DNA of 63,257 bases, the filler included, from Kipferlia bialata (Eukaryota), in NCBI GenBank assembly GCA_003568945.1. It is 4 parts of 4 records of this genome, joined end to end, with 100 filler letters (N's around TTAATTAATTAA, not from the genome) between each part and the next. Parts side by side here need not be neighbours in the genome. Positions count along the whole stretch, not along the records: positions 1 to 15,766 come from BDIP01000671.1; positions 15,867 to 31,601 come from BDIP01000672.1; 2 more parts are not named here. One strand, written 5' to 3'. The stretch's first letter is position 1; the number at the start of each line of letters is the position of its first letter. Shown here in pieces: positions 13,701 to 26,711 of this stretch. The notes under the pieces are model-generated. The model saw nothing but the letters and a program-made list of their open reading frames with translations. It was not told the origin of the DNA and ran no database searches. Both the position numbers and the translations under genes were made by a program.

Positions 13701-15402
13701 TACAAGAACACACACTCACCGAGGCTGAATATGCCGCCCCCTCCCTTCATGTTGTCCCTGTCGATGGTGTTGGCCATGACTACATTCAGCTGCAGGGCGC
13801 GGGAGGCACCTGGGGGTAAGAGTGTGGAAATGTACTTATAAAAGAGGGAGGGAGACAGAGAGAGAGAGACCACATGCACCTGCCCATCTATATTCATGTC
13901 TATATACATTCGTCTAAATATATATCAGGGTATGATATGTATAAAAATTAATATATATATATATATATACATATCATACCCTGTGCCAGCTGTGCTGCTG
14001 TCCCTAGCAGAGCTAACCAACTAACACACACACTCTCTCTCTGTCATATATATAGATATACACATATACAAACACATACCCTGTGCGAGCTGTGCCGCTG
14101 TCCCTAGCAGGGGAGGGAGGTTGGAGAAGGCGGTCTGGAACAGGATGTTGTAGATGCCCTGGGGTGAATATATTTACACAAAGTATACTATATACAAATA
14201 ATTATATGTGTGTACGTGTACGATATAAATACATATATATATATACCTTCTCGTAGTATGTGCCGAGGGGCTCTGAGTACTGGATGTCTGCACATATCAC
14301 TATGCCAAACTCAGTGCCCCTGAGCCTATGGAGTGAGCAGGGGGAGAGACACACTGTACTAGAACCGACGTACTACACACACCAACACAAGCATATGCAT
14401 CACACAACACTTCAATATCCTTCATGTACGATCTATCCTTCTATCTACACATACTCAGAGATATAGATGTCTATTTATACATACATAACTATATATATAT
14501 ACATATATCCCGTACTTGAAGTGCTGTGCGTCTGGGGTCTCTGGCTGGGACAGCACTGCACCGGTGCCACTCACATGGCTCTTGCGGTACCGGATCTAGA
14601 GGGTCAGCATACAGACACTACTACACTCACATCACCTGAACACCATATATTGCACATTCCCTAACTGGGGTATACCTGAATCTCCCCGTCTCCGATGAGC
14701 ACGGCTGTGTTGTACAGAGTGTCATCATCAACATACTCTAGCACATTGGTCAGTACCCACATACTGAGGTGAGAGGGAGTGAGGGTGTGACGTGCAAGCG
14801 TGTACACAGTATTACGTACTCGTTGTCGTTTGACGTCTGACACGCCCATGCCAACTGGTTGCCACTGTCTAGGAGGGTGTCCTCACTGGCACTCTGGATA
14901 GATGCACAGGACTGGTGGGGGGTGACCACAGAGGAATAGGACTGGGGTATGAGAGAGGGGGGAGAGAGAGAGAGAGAGAGACTGGTGGGGGGTGACTACG
15001 GACGCATAGGCCTTAGGGGGTTAGAAGGGAAGGCAGTGAAGGAGAGAGAGAGAGACTATAGAGAGGCAAAGGACTCGTGACTACTGAGGTATATGACTGG
15101 GGTCAGAGAGAGAGGGGAGAGGCAAAGAACTGGGGGTCTGAGAATATACAATTATAGATATAGAGACTGAGAAAGAGAGAGACAGAGAGGGAGAGTACCT
15201 TGAGGCTCTGTCTGAGGTATGCAATGTCCATACTGATCTCGGCATAGTGGTCCAGGGCCTTCATCCACCCATTCACACCCTGGGGTGAGACAAAAGAGGT
15301 ACACTAGTATATGTATGTGGGGGCATATACATGCTAAAGTGTATACCTCTGGTAGCACCACGAGGTCTCTGGCCTGCTGGCCTGCCATGGACATGGTGTC
15401 AC
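10752..15402 (-). CDS. Carbon-nitrogen hydrolase (nitrilase superfamily, vanin/biotinidase-like) with long C-terminal extension; 5' end lost at contig linker
   Basis: Spliced exons give the Glu-Lys-Cys catalytic triad: DLVVLPE, LYNTAVLI..IRYRKSH, EFGIVICADIQY. Also NVVMAN..GGGIFS. Ends MVFRDYDY* at 10752. Confidence 0.8.
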
Positions 15403-15432
15403 CTGGGGGTAAGGGAGAGCATACACTCACCC

Positions 15433-15468
<36 letters not shown>

Positions 15469-15766
15469 TAGCCATGGACATGGTGTCACCTGGGGGTAAG
15501 AGAGAGAGAGAGAGAGATACCGAATGAGAGAGAGAGAGAGAGAGAGAGAGTAGCCATGGACATGGTGTGAGCTGGGGGTAAGGGATATACATATATAATG
15601 GTATATTTGTTTACACGTCTATATTGAGAAAGATAGATATATATATTTAGAGAGAGAGAGAGAGAGAAAGAGAGAGAGTACTAGCCATGGACATGGGGTC
15701 ACCTATTAATGAGATGCGTGGGTGGGTGGGGGGGGGGGGGGGGTAGAGAGAGAGGGTGTGAGAAGA

Positions 15767-15866
15767 NNNNNNNNNNNNNNNNNNNNNNNNNNNNNNNNNN
15801 NNNNNNNNNNTTAATTAATTAANNNNNNNNNNNNNNNNNNNNNNNNNNNNNNNNNNNNNNNNNNNN
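15767..15866. other. Artificial contig-join linker (44N-TTAATTAATTAA-44N)
   Basis: Six-frame-stop 12-mer centred in a 100-nt N block. Identical structures at 31602 and 47430. Genes are truncated on both sides. Confidence 0.95.
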
Positions 15867-15898
15867 TCTGAGCATATCACTCTCCCTCTCACCCTCAG

Positions 15899-18800
15899 CC
15901 ACGTACTATGGCCAGATCCCCGACACATCCAACTGCTGCTACGATGTTGAGGTGAGTGTATGTATTCTGTTCTAGTATGTTGAAGAGAACATATATATAA
16001 GATTATATAAATACAATGATATATAATAGCATACAACTGCTGGTGCCGTGTTGGGGTGTGTTCTACATACAACCCCCCCCCCCCCCCCCCTCCTCTCTCT
16101 CCCTCTCGTTTCCCCTCCACTTGATGCCTTTCAAGTTTATTGCCTGACACCTACAATCACTTCTTCTCACCCCAGTTCCCAGCCTACTTCTGATATGCCA
16201 AGACGCATATACTATTATTTCTATACACATCCATATATCCTAAATAGTATGCCATATGTTTATAGTAGTCTCACCCCAGTTCCCTGCCTACTCCTGCTAT
16301 GCCAAGGCCCACATATACAGAATATACATTGTATATATAGGATAATTTGATATGGGTATACTATATCCCATATTACATATACCTCTTACTCCAGTTCCCT
16401 GCCTACTCCTGCTATGCCAAGGCCCACATCTGCCACACAGGCATGTACGGGGACAGGTACAAGATGTCACTGGAGGTATGTAGTTGTGTAACGGTAGTAC
16501 CCTGGTACTAACATATAGTATATATATTCCTATATATATACATGGTGTTCTCACCATGTTTGATATGGAGGGCGTAGTATGCTATCAAGTGGTGTTACCC
16601 CTTCATTGTCCTTTACTTCTCACCTTAGTTCACCCAATGGAACCCCTACTACAAAGCCAATGTCAACCAAATATATACAACAGTAATCAGACCATTAGTT
16701 ATGAATATATATATGAATAATGAATACTTGTTCTTCTCATTCTACCTCTCACCTTAGTTCACTCAGTGGAACCCCTACTACACAGCCAATGTCAACCACG
16801 TGACATATACATATATATATACACATATATACTATGTATCTACTGCTACTGTTCCTCTCACCCAGTTTACCCAATGGAACCCCTACTACACAGCCAATGT
16901 CAACCATGTGACTGTCGTGTCCCCCACCTCATCCATCGGCCACATCTACAGATACGCAGACAACACACCCATCACCGACTACAACGCTGATGGAAGGTGG
17001 GTATTTATCGGGTGTACTATGTAATTATTCATACATATGCCACACTATATGTGTATAGGCCAATACAGTTTTGTGTATTGAATCACTCTAACCCCTTAGG
17101 CTCCTTGCTGCAGTTGACAAGGACGCCTACACCCATGGGTTTGTCCTGAACTACAGCATCCCCAGCACCATCCACTTCACAGTCAAGGACTTAGAGGTAC
17201 TATATATATATATATATATTCATATATACATATGTGTGTGTCTGTGTGTGTCTATGCTGGTATTACCTACATATCCATCCACTTCACGGTCAAGGACCTA
17301 GAGGTACTCTCTCTCTGATCTCACTCTCTCTCTACATTCCTAATATCTAGGGGTACCATCGTGGCCATCTGCTTCCCTCTCTCTATATAATAATGTGTAT
17401 ACATATGTGTATATGTCCACCCACCCTCGACCCCCATCATCGTCATTGCCATTTCCGCCTTGTATAGGAAGTGTGTCTTCTTATACAGTTCAACATCTCT
17501 CTCCTGTTTACTTCCAGACCCCCATCATCGTCATTGCCCCTTCTTCCTCCACCAGGGCCAGGAACGTCAGCTGGGTGCACTTCACACCAGGTGGACGATA
17601 TATATACACTATATATATACACTATAAGTACTCTCGTGCAGTATACGTCAGCTGGGTGCACTTCACACCAGGTGCGTTATACACTATATATATACANNNN
17701 NNNNNNNNNNNNNNNNNNNNNNNNNNNNNNNNNNNNNNNNNNNNNNNNNNNNNATATATATACTATTGTGTAGTATATACGTCAGCTGGGTGCACTTCAC
17801 ACCAGGTGGATGATATACAAACACCATATATATACAATATATGTACTCTAGTGCAGTATACGTCAGCTGGGTGCACTTCACACCAGGTGCGTTTATACAC
17901 TATATACCGTACCAGCATATATGGGTGTGTATCTTCTCTTTCTTCTCACTCCAGGCGACAAGTGTGGCTCCTCCACCGGGGGTGGATACCCATCAGGTGA
18001 GGACTGCTGCTACATGTGTCATTATATCCATACCTCTAAAACAGTTGCTCATGCATTCAGAGTATAGGATATATTCGCACATACACTCTGGTCTATCCCC
18101 TAACTATCAGACGATGACTGTGGATGCACCTCCGGCAGCAACTGTGGGTCTAACCCATGCGTCGAGTACCCTGAGGTATATCTCGCTTCTCTCTCTCTAT
18201 ATATATGTGTTTACATATACTGTACTAACTATGAATATCAGTTCATATCTCTCATGTGTCTCACTCCAGGTCTCTGCCAAGGTCCAGTTCAAGTGCTCAT
18301 GCGACACCACCAGCCCATACAACTACCTGGACGTGCCCTTTGACTACACAATCAAGCACACAGGTACTTTTGTATGTGGTAGATACATATTCAGATATAT
18401 GTGTATCCATACATGTGTCTATATGTATTGATAGTAGTATACTCTTAGAGTGGACTGAGTTCCCTGTGACTGCACCATCAAGCACACAGGTACCATTCGT
18501 TGTAGTACACTTCCATTATTATATAGTATATGTGTGTACTCCGAGTGGTCTTACTGTCAGGTGCTGATATCAGTGACTGCATCAACAATTGGATGTGATA
18601 TGTATATATATATACATATATGACTATATGAACTATGCTAACCCTAGGTGCTGATGCCGGAGACTGCATTAACCGCCTGCACATTGGTGACAAGCTCTGT
18701 CTGACATGGGACGGGGTCAACGGGACAGACTACCCATGCTACTTCCCAGGTGCACGAAGTACACAATTGAGACTATATATAGGTTGTCACATAGCGTGTA

Positions 18801-20037
18801 TGCCTATTGGAGTTGTATCTTGTCCCATAGTGTGTATGCTCATGACTAGGCAGTAAGTGCTGGACCCTGGGGCGTGGCTGCAACCACCTCGTGGCAGATG
18901 TCGAGTGTGTGTCCCACTGCTGCTGCTGTGACAGTGTTATTGTAGGTATCCACATGTGCATATATATATACATTAATGTATATATATATATATATGTGTG
19001 TGTCTTTCTCTATGTCTCTGTCTTTCTTGTAGCCGATGTCGAGTGTGTGTCACACTGCTGCTGCTGTGACAGTGTGATTGTAGGTATCCACATGTGCATA
19101 TATATACAAACATATGCATATCTTTCTATATGTCTCTGTCTATCTTGTGGTAGAGGGTCATGGTGTGTCCCACTGCTGCTGCGATAGTGTGATAGTAGGT
19201 ATCAGCCATTCTCTCCCTGAAAGCACCTATCTACCTTTTGGGCACTGACGGTGACATTATCTCTATCGGTCTCTCATACGCTATATAGTATAAGCAACTA
19301 TGAACATTACTATCCTACCAGGCACTGTGACCAATGAGCTGAACGGTGACCAAGTCTCTCTCTCTCTTCTTCTATATATGTGGATTCTACTGATCTTTAG
19401 GCACTGTGACCAATGCACTCTCTTTCTCTCTCTCTTCTCCTGTTCTATATATACATGGTATATGTACTGATACCCAGGCACTGTGACCAATGAGTTGAAC
19501 AATGACGAGGTGGTCGAGGGAGTCATCATATCTCTGGATGGGGAGAAGGTGGGGTATTACTATTACAAACATAGAGATGTTGAATATTATGTGTGTTTCT
19601 ATATGAGAGGGTATGATCCTATCTCTGGACAAGGAGAAGGTGGGGTATTACATATACTACTATATACATTAGTATATACATATGATAGTGTCTTTCGGCG
19701 GTCATGTAGATGGAGTGATCTTTCAGTGATATACATATGGTTTCGTACCTGTCTAATATCCAGGTGGCTGAGACAGACGAGTACGGGCACTACACCATCC
19801 ACAACGCCCCCTCAGGTAAGACAACTTCCCATCTCTACTACTCGAGAGACCATATCACACATGCAGTGTGTGAGATACATACATCTACTCTGTTCAGACT
19901 TACCGCCAGGCTCTGTCGAGTATGATTTCACCAAGCCCACCAACCCAGCCTGTGCCCCTCTGACAGTCACGGTTGATGTTGATAAGTGTGATGTGGTGAT
20001 GGAGGATGTCTCGATGCAGTGCAGGGACCAGAGCTAA
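15899..20037 (+). CDS. Cysteine-rich, probably extracellular protein with C-terminal carboxypeptidase-regulatory-like (CarboxypepD_reg-type) beta domain; 5' truncated
   Basis: Exons include SNCCYDVE, DDCGCTSGSNCGSNPCVEYPE, VECVSHCCCCDSVIV, then GTVTNELNNDEVVEGVIISLDGEKVAETDEYGHYTIHNAPSGSVEYDFTKP. Stop TAA at 20035-20037. Confidence 0.65.
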
Positions 20038-20486
20038 ATTACATATATATAGATACTTAGCGAGATGGACCGGTCTATAGTATGTTTGGCGACATAATAG
20101 ATCAAGTGCGATGTGGTGGTGGAGGATGTGTCAATGCAGTGCAGGGACCAGAACTAATAGTCTAGTCTACCAGTAGCATAACTAGCCTATGACTATGTTC
20201 CACAAGACAATAGAGCAAGTGTGATGTGGTGGAGGATGTCTCAATGCAGTGCAGGGACCAGAACTAAACCCTATGGAGAGTATCCATACCAGCAATAGCT
20301 ATACTATTCTGTTCTTCGACCGAATAGATCAAGGTTGGTGTGGTGTGATGGAGAGTGTGTCGATGCAGTGCTGGGAAGCGCGGGCGAACTAGGCTGCCAA
20401 GTAATACTAGTCTCTACTGCCTAGGCATGTAGCACAGTCAGTCACTCTCTGTTCAAATACACAATAGAACTAGCAGGGACCAGAAG
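19981..20486 (+). repeat. Progressively decaying tandem echoes of the terminal coding segment (KCDVVMEDVSMQCRDQ*) in the 3' flank
   Basis: ATGCAGTGCAGGGACCAG recurs near 20014, 20134 and 20243, with degenerate copies near 20363 and 20473. Confidence 0.85.
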
Positions 20487-20872
20487 GGAGCCTTATAGAG
20501 AGTAGCGAGCAACGTATACTTGTTGTAGACTTTCGTTCTACTACACAGAGAGCTGCACAATCAAATAGTGCAAAAGTGTCACAACGTTTCAGACGCTTGA
20601 CGAGTAAGTCTTCCACTTGCAATGCATCTCTTTTCTATCCATCGACCTTTGTGCCTAGTCAACAGATGTACTCCCACATAACACGCACTTAGACACCTGA
20701 GTGTGATCAGACATGGCCGCTGCCAAGGGCAAGGGTGCAGCCAAGGGATAGACGTTTCATACGCTTGACGAGTGAAGCGGATCAGGAGCACTCACTCTCT
20801 TTACTCATCAACACTCTATCCTTAGTACTGTCAATAACCTCTTGTCCACTACTAGTGTATACTTAGAGTGAC

Positions 20873-21955
20873 ATGGCCGCTGCCAAGGGCAAGGGTGCAG
20901 CCAAGAGGAAGCCGGCCAAGAAGAAGGTGGCAGACTCAGTAGGTTAGAGGCTATATATACACTAATATATTTACACTAACGTACCCGGAAAGAGTATTGT
21001 TGTTGTAGTGGCGCTTGGTATATTGGAGGGTGGGTGGGAGTGTGTGCCTCGGGTACACTGCAGGTAAGATGGTGATAGGTTGACTCACTGTACATTGGTC
21101 CTCTCTCTCTCTCTCTCTCTCTTTCTCACTCTCTCTTCACATGTGCGTTAGTTTTCCACACACTATAGTACCGCATATGTTCTTGTATACATATAGGTAC
21201 CTCCCCCCCCCCCCCCCCCCCCCCCCCCCTTCCCCCCCCCCCCCCCTCCCCCCCCCCCCCCCCCCCCCCCGTGTTGATCCCCCGCTGACCCAGGTCCCAG
21301 CTGTCTGACGTTGTGACCGGAGCTGCTGCCGTGCCAACACCTGGCAGGAGGGTCAAGAAGAGTGGCGAGGCCCCCAGCGACACCCTCACCGCGGGCACCT
21401 TTGTGTCTGGACGGGAGGACGAGACCAAGGCTGCCACCGTGGCCTCTATCAACAGGGTGAGGCACGCCCCCCACTTCATGGACACCACTGCGTCCAGGGG
21501 GGTGGAGAACAAGCTCGAGAACCTAGGCCACCAGAGGGCCACAGTCATCCCCCCCCTGGACTCCAGGAGGGTCATCGGTATGTGGTGGCGTTCATACATA
21601 TACATACCTTATACATTCATTGTATACGTTGAATACACACCCATAGAAACTGCGGTAGTGTCTCTTCAGTGCCAGAGTGTATAACCGTCCCAACCCTCAC
21701 TCCAGGTGCTGGTTCGGACAAGATTCCCGTCACCTCCGGCATCTTTGCATCCCAGGCCGATGCCCCAGCCCACATCACCACGGCCCTGACCCCAAGGTGC
21801 GTATGTGTTTATTTATACTGTGTGTATCTGACTCCCACTCAGTTTGAGACCTATCACCTACGCAAGTATCACCCTCTTACCCAAGAACCAGGGCCCCTGT
21901 TGCTAAGCCGGTCAGGTCTCGCAACCCAGTCACCTGGGAGGGTTTCTCTGAGTAG
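20873..21955 (+). CDS. Small basic, low-complexity hypothetical protein (MAAAKGKGAAKRKPAKKK ... RSRNPVTWEGFSE*)
   Basis: Exons rich in G/C-ending codons at ~20873, 21294-21577, 21706-21796 and 21886-21955. The junction across the poly-C run at 21203-21270 is not resolved. Confidence 0.55.
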
Positions 21956-22458
21956 GTGGCTTTGAGACTGAAGGTGAAGCCTTGGGCACTGGGTCTCAGG
22001 CTACGCTGATTGAAAACTATTTCTTGTGGTTATTTTCCACTTCTGTAGCAGATTGTCTGTCTTCTTTATGGTAATAAAAGGAAGGTTACCATCGAACTTG
22101 TCTTCTCATGGTGTGGATTTCATATACAGCCGTGGTTACTGAGTGTTATATCCCGCTAGTCCATTGTGCACTGCCAAGGTCCACTGATGAGATGGGCTGT
22201 TGGAATCAGTACTTGGCCCTCAAAGCCAGGTTCTTTGCATCTTACAAATACACATATATTTACATATCGGAGTATGAAAAACGGAACAGTGATTCATTGG
22301 ATGCGTGAGACTCACTCAGTATCATAACAAGAATTGGATGTGGTTAGCGCGAGATAAATCAAACGGCAAAAACAAACCACCTGCAGCCTTTTTCTCGTGA
22401 GGTCAAGCGACTAGTTATGCCGAACCGGTCTCTCCCTCTCTCTGCATACACTGCTACC

Positions 22459-23846
22459 ATGGCCCCCACCAAGTTCAACTTCAGGTGTGTATTGTTTTTA
22501 ACGAGTTTTATGGTAGTTCTCTAATCGCTTTGTGCACTATTCTCAATCGTTCATTGTTTTTGTATTCTTATACAGCGCTGGACCCGCTCTCCTTCCCAAG
22601 GAGGTCCTTCTTGAGGCCCAGAAGGGTCTTGTGGACTATGAGGGAACTGGAATGAGCGTTATGGAGGTGAGTGGATAATTATTATTGACACCTTCTATTC
22701 GTGTCCGTCCGTCTTGTCATCATGTGTCCTATTGTATATTGTTCGTGAATCATCATAACCGTAATCTCACTCAGATGTCCCACCGTTCTGCCAACTACGA
22801 CAAGGTTCACAGGCACTGCATCGACATGATCCGCAAGGTTCTCGATATCCCCACCAACTACCACGTCCTCCTTCTGGCTGGTGGTGCCACCTACCAGTTC
22901 TCTGCCATCCCCTTCAACCTGCTGGGAGACGGCAACGCCGTGTACGTGAACACCGGTACCTGGTCCAAGAAGGCCTCCACTGAGGCCAAGCGTCTCTTCG
23001 GAGAGAGGATCAAGGTTGTGTCCACCCCCACCTTCACCCTCCCCAAGGTCGAGGACATCGAGATCCCCGAGAACTGCAAGTACGTGTACGTGTGCGACAA
23101 CGAGACTGTGCACGGAGTCGAGTGGCCCTCTGCCCCTGTCTTCGGCGACGTCCCCCTTGTGGCTGACATGTCCTCCAACCTGTTCTCCCGCAGGCTGGAC
23201 ATCTCCAAGTACGGCATGATCTACGGCTGTGCCCAGAAGAACTTCGGCCCTGCCGGTCTCACCGTTGCCATCATCCGTGAGGACCTTGTTGGCGCCGCCC
23301 ACCCCATGTGCCCCGTGCTCATGACCTACAAGACACACGTCGCCAAGACCTGGCCCGCTGAGCGCAACCAGGACTCTCTCTACAACACCCCCCCCACCCT
23401 CTGCATCTGGATCACCATGCTCGTCATGGAGTGGATCGACCGCTGCGGCGGCATCGACGGAATCGAGAAGATGAACAGGGACAAGGTGAGGTGGCCTGTG
23501 GCGTATTGACTTCACTTATACATGTGGTTCAACTATTCTTTCTCTCTTGCTTTACCCACGTCTCACCCAGGCTGCCATGCTCTACAACTACATCGACTCC
23601 TCCCCCTTCTGGACCACCTTTGTCGAGGGCGAGATCCGCTCCCAGATGAACGTTGTGTTCAAGTGCACCAAGGACGACGTCGACAGGGCCGAGATCCTCG
23701 ACTTCTTCCAGGAGCGCGGCATGTCCTCCCTCAAGGGCCACAAGTCCCTGGTCGGCTCCCTCCGTGCCTCCATCTACAACGCCATGCCCAAGGAGGGCGT
23801 GGAGTGCCTGATCCAGGCCATGAAGGACTTCGAGGCTGCCCACTAA
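22459..23846 (+). CDS. serC: Phosphoserine aminotransferase (4 exons: 22459-22484, 22576-22666, 22775-23485, 23571-23846)
   Basis: [52 protein letters not shown] (PLP lysine), [31 protein letters not shown]. All introns are GT-AG and in phase. Confidence 0.97.
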
Positions 23847-24104
23847 GCTGTGAGCAGTGCGGGGTTGGGTCCCACTGTATTTAGAATAGATTAGCAGGTC
23901 CTTTGGACCATGACATTCAACATGAGATGTGTATGTATGATATATATATAACACTAGGAATGTGGTTGGGGTGGGCCTGAATCGCGTAACAAGTCATTAC
24001 TAGTACCAATAACAGCACCGATACTGTATATTACTGCGCTCACGAGATAATGAATGACACACGTGCTACTTGTAGGCCAAGTAGGCTATGAAAACAGGGA
24101 CCCC

Positions 24105-26473
24105 TCACTCATCCTCACTGGGTTCCACGGAGGGGGGTGCTATGGCGTGCCCCCTCTTCCCCCTCATCGACTCCCGCATTGCCTCGTACCGCCTTGCATC
24201 AGCCACGCTGACACTGGGTCCCATCTGGGCAAGGGCAGCCGCAAAGTGCCTGGGCTCCACATAGACCTGGGAGGGCTCTGCCTCGGTGGCGTCAAACACC
24301 TCTGCCTCACCCTCTGCCTCTGCCTTGGCCGGTGCCTGCTTCCTCTCCCTGAGTGCGTGCATGGCCGACTCCCTGGCAACCATGGCAAGGTCAGCACCGC
24401 TGAACCCAGAGCACAGGTCAGCAACGCGGGCCAGGTCCACCGAGGCCCCCAGCGGCATGTCCCTACAGGCAGTGCCTAGGATGTCACGCCTGTCCCCGAC
24501 GGTGGGGAGGGGCACAAAGATGAGCTTGTCCAGCCTGCCTGGCCTGAGCATAGCAGGGTCGATGATGTCGGGTCGGTTGGTGGCTGCAATCACAAACAGT
24601 CCCTGTCTCCCAGTCTCCAGGCCGTCCAGCTCCGTCAGCAGCTGGTTGACCACCCTCTCTGTGGCCTGGTTGGCCTCTGACCCTCTCTTGGGACAGAGGG
24701 AGTCCAGCTCGTCAAAGAACAGGACGCAGGGGGCAGAGGACCGGGCCCGCTGGAAGACGCCTCTCACGGCCCTCTCAGACTCTCCAACATACTTGTTGAG
24801 GAGCTCCGGTCCCTTGATGGAGATGAAGTTGGCGCCTGTGGAGTTGGCGATGGCCTTGGCCAGCAGCGTCTTGCCACACCCTGGGGGTCCGTAGAGCAGC
24901 ACCCCGCTCTGCACACTGATGCCCATGCGCTCAAAGTCGGCTGGGTTGCGGATGGGCTCCAGCACAGACATCTCCAGCTCCTCTCTGACGTGGGACAGGG
25001 CTCCAATGTCAGCCCATGTCACGTCCGGCACTGTCACAAACCCTTCCCTCTTGGCTGCAGGCTGCACCTCCTTCAATGCATCCACGTAGTCCTGCATCAC
25101 AAGGTCCTCCACCCCCTCACCCTCGGCAGGCACGTCATCCCCCATGTCCTGTCCCTGGGCGGCATCCTCCGCAGCCACTGCCCTTCTGACAAAGGACATC
25201 CCGGCCTCCCTAGCCAGGGCGTCGAGGTCTGCACCAACGTACCCAGGGGTCAGACGAGCCACCTCGCTCAGGTCCACATCTTCTCCCAGCCGGTACTCTG
25301 CCGTCACCCTTCTCAGGATGGCCTCCCTGCCAGTGCGGTCGGGGATCCCAATGCTCAGCTCCCTGTCAAAGCGGCCAGGCCGCCTCAGAGCAGGTTCGAC
25401 GGCTGCTGGCTTGGAGGTTGCCCCCAGCACCACCACGGGCATGCCATCCCGACAGGTGGAGGGGTGGAGGGCGTCCATGGAGGCCTGGAGCTGGGCCACG
25501 ATTCTCTTCTCCATCTCCCTCTGGGCCTTGTCCTTGTGGGTGGCCACCACCTCAATCTCATCGATGAACACGAGGGAGGGGGCAGAGGCAGCCGCCTGGG
25601 TGAAGAGAGTGCGTATCCGACCCTCTGCCTCACCGGAGACACCGCCTACTAGCTCGGGGCCTGCCACACTGAAGAAGGCCACCTCCCCAGTGGACATGAC
25701 CTGGGGTGGGGGCCCAGTACAGCACAATACCAATGAGTATGAGTTATGGTAGATACACTATGGAAGTGAAGTATCAATCCAGACAAGTATATAGACTATA
25801 ATATATATATACAGAGCGACAGAGAGAGAGAGAGAGCCACACCCTCCCGTACCTCGTTAGCCAGGGCGTTGGCCAGGGCAGTCTTGCCACACCCAGGGGG
25901 GCCAGCTATCAGAATACCCCTCGGGGGGACGATATTGGCTGCCTTGAAGATGTGGGTGCGCTGGAAGGGCCACAGCACCAGCTCCTGGATGTTCTTCTGG
26001 AGCCTGTCCATGCCCCCCAGGTCGGAGAGGCGGATGGTGGTGGGCTGCTTCCGGAAGTTGGTGCTGGCAGTCTGGTCCTGCACAGGCCCAGTCCCCCCCT
26101 TGGCGGCACCCTTGGAGGCACCCTTGGTATCTGGCAGTGACCTGGACTGGCCCTTCCCCTTGGGGGTGTTGGGTACACTGGCCATGCCTCTATCCGTGGC
26201 ACTGAGCTTCGGAGATCCCCCAGGGGTAGACGTCCCCAGTCTCTTGCCCTTCAGGGGAGGGGACCGGATCATCACGGGCCGAATCCTGGCTGCAGTGTAA
26301 GAGGCCTTCTTGGCAGGCATATCGTTAGGAGGGGGGACCGTCCGCTGCTCAAGGTATGTCTGCTGCTGGGTGCGGTAGAATGACAACAGCTGGTCGTTTG
26401 GGGACTGCAACCCCATGCCTGGACGCCGCTTAGACTTGGGTGCACTTCCAAACTCCGGTCGTCTCTCTCCCAT
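24105..26473 (-). CDS. NVL: Type II AAA+ ATPase of the NVL/Rix7 (nuclear VCP-like) family; one intron at 25701-25852
   Basis: Two AAA modules (GPPGCGKT twice, FIDEIE/FFDELD, RRPGRFD, LRPGRLD). Also QREMEKRIVAQL, QPAAKREGFVTVPDVTWADIGAL and IKGPELLNKYVGESERAVR, which are typical of NVL/Rix7. Confidence 0.92.
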
Positions 26474-26711
26474 CCAGGACACACAGTGTGTGCTCCTCAG
26501 AGAGTGATGCAGTGTCTGAGACATATCTTAGTGAGTGACTCTGGACCCTTTCACATATCCATCATAGAGACGGCCTCAGCGGCAAACGTCTCTTCCTGTG
26601 CAAGATATACATCATAGTGATCAGTGAACATCTGCAAGGAGTTGCACAGAGAGAGGTACAGAGGAAAGAGTTATTTTTGTGAAACCACGAGAGGCAGAGA
26701 GTAGGTGGTAG

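Noticed and set aside
11091..19200. Echoes as Dscam-like mutually exclusive exons
   Set aside because: Almost all echoes carry only one splice site and are truncated mid-exon, and they encode the same peptide, so they cannot diversify the protein as cassette exons.
22682..25752. Long antisense ORFs over serC and NVL (also over RSL1D1)
   Set aside because: These are shadow ORFs caused by strong G/C-ending codon bias of the real genes.
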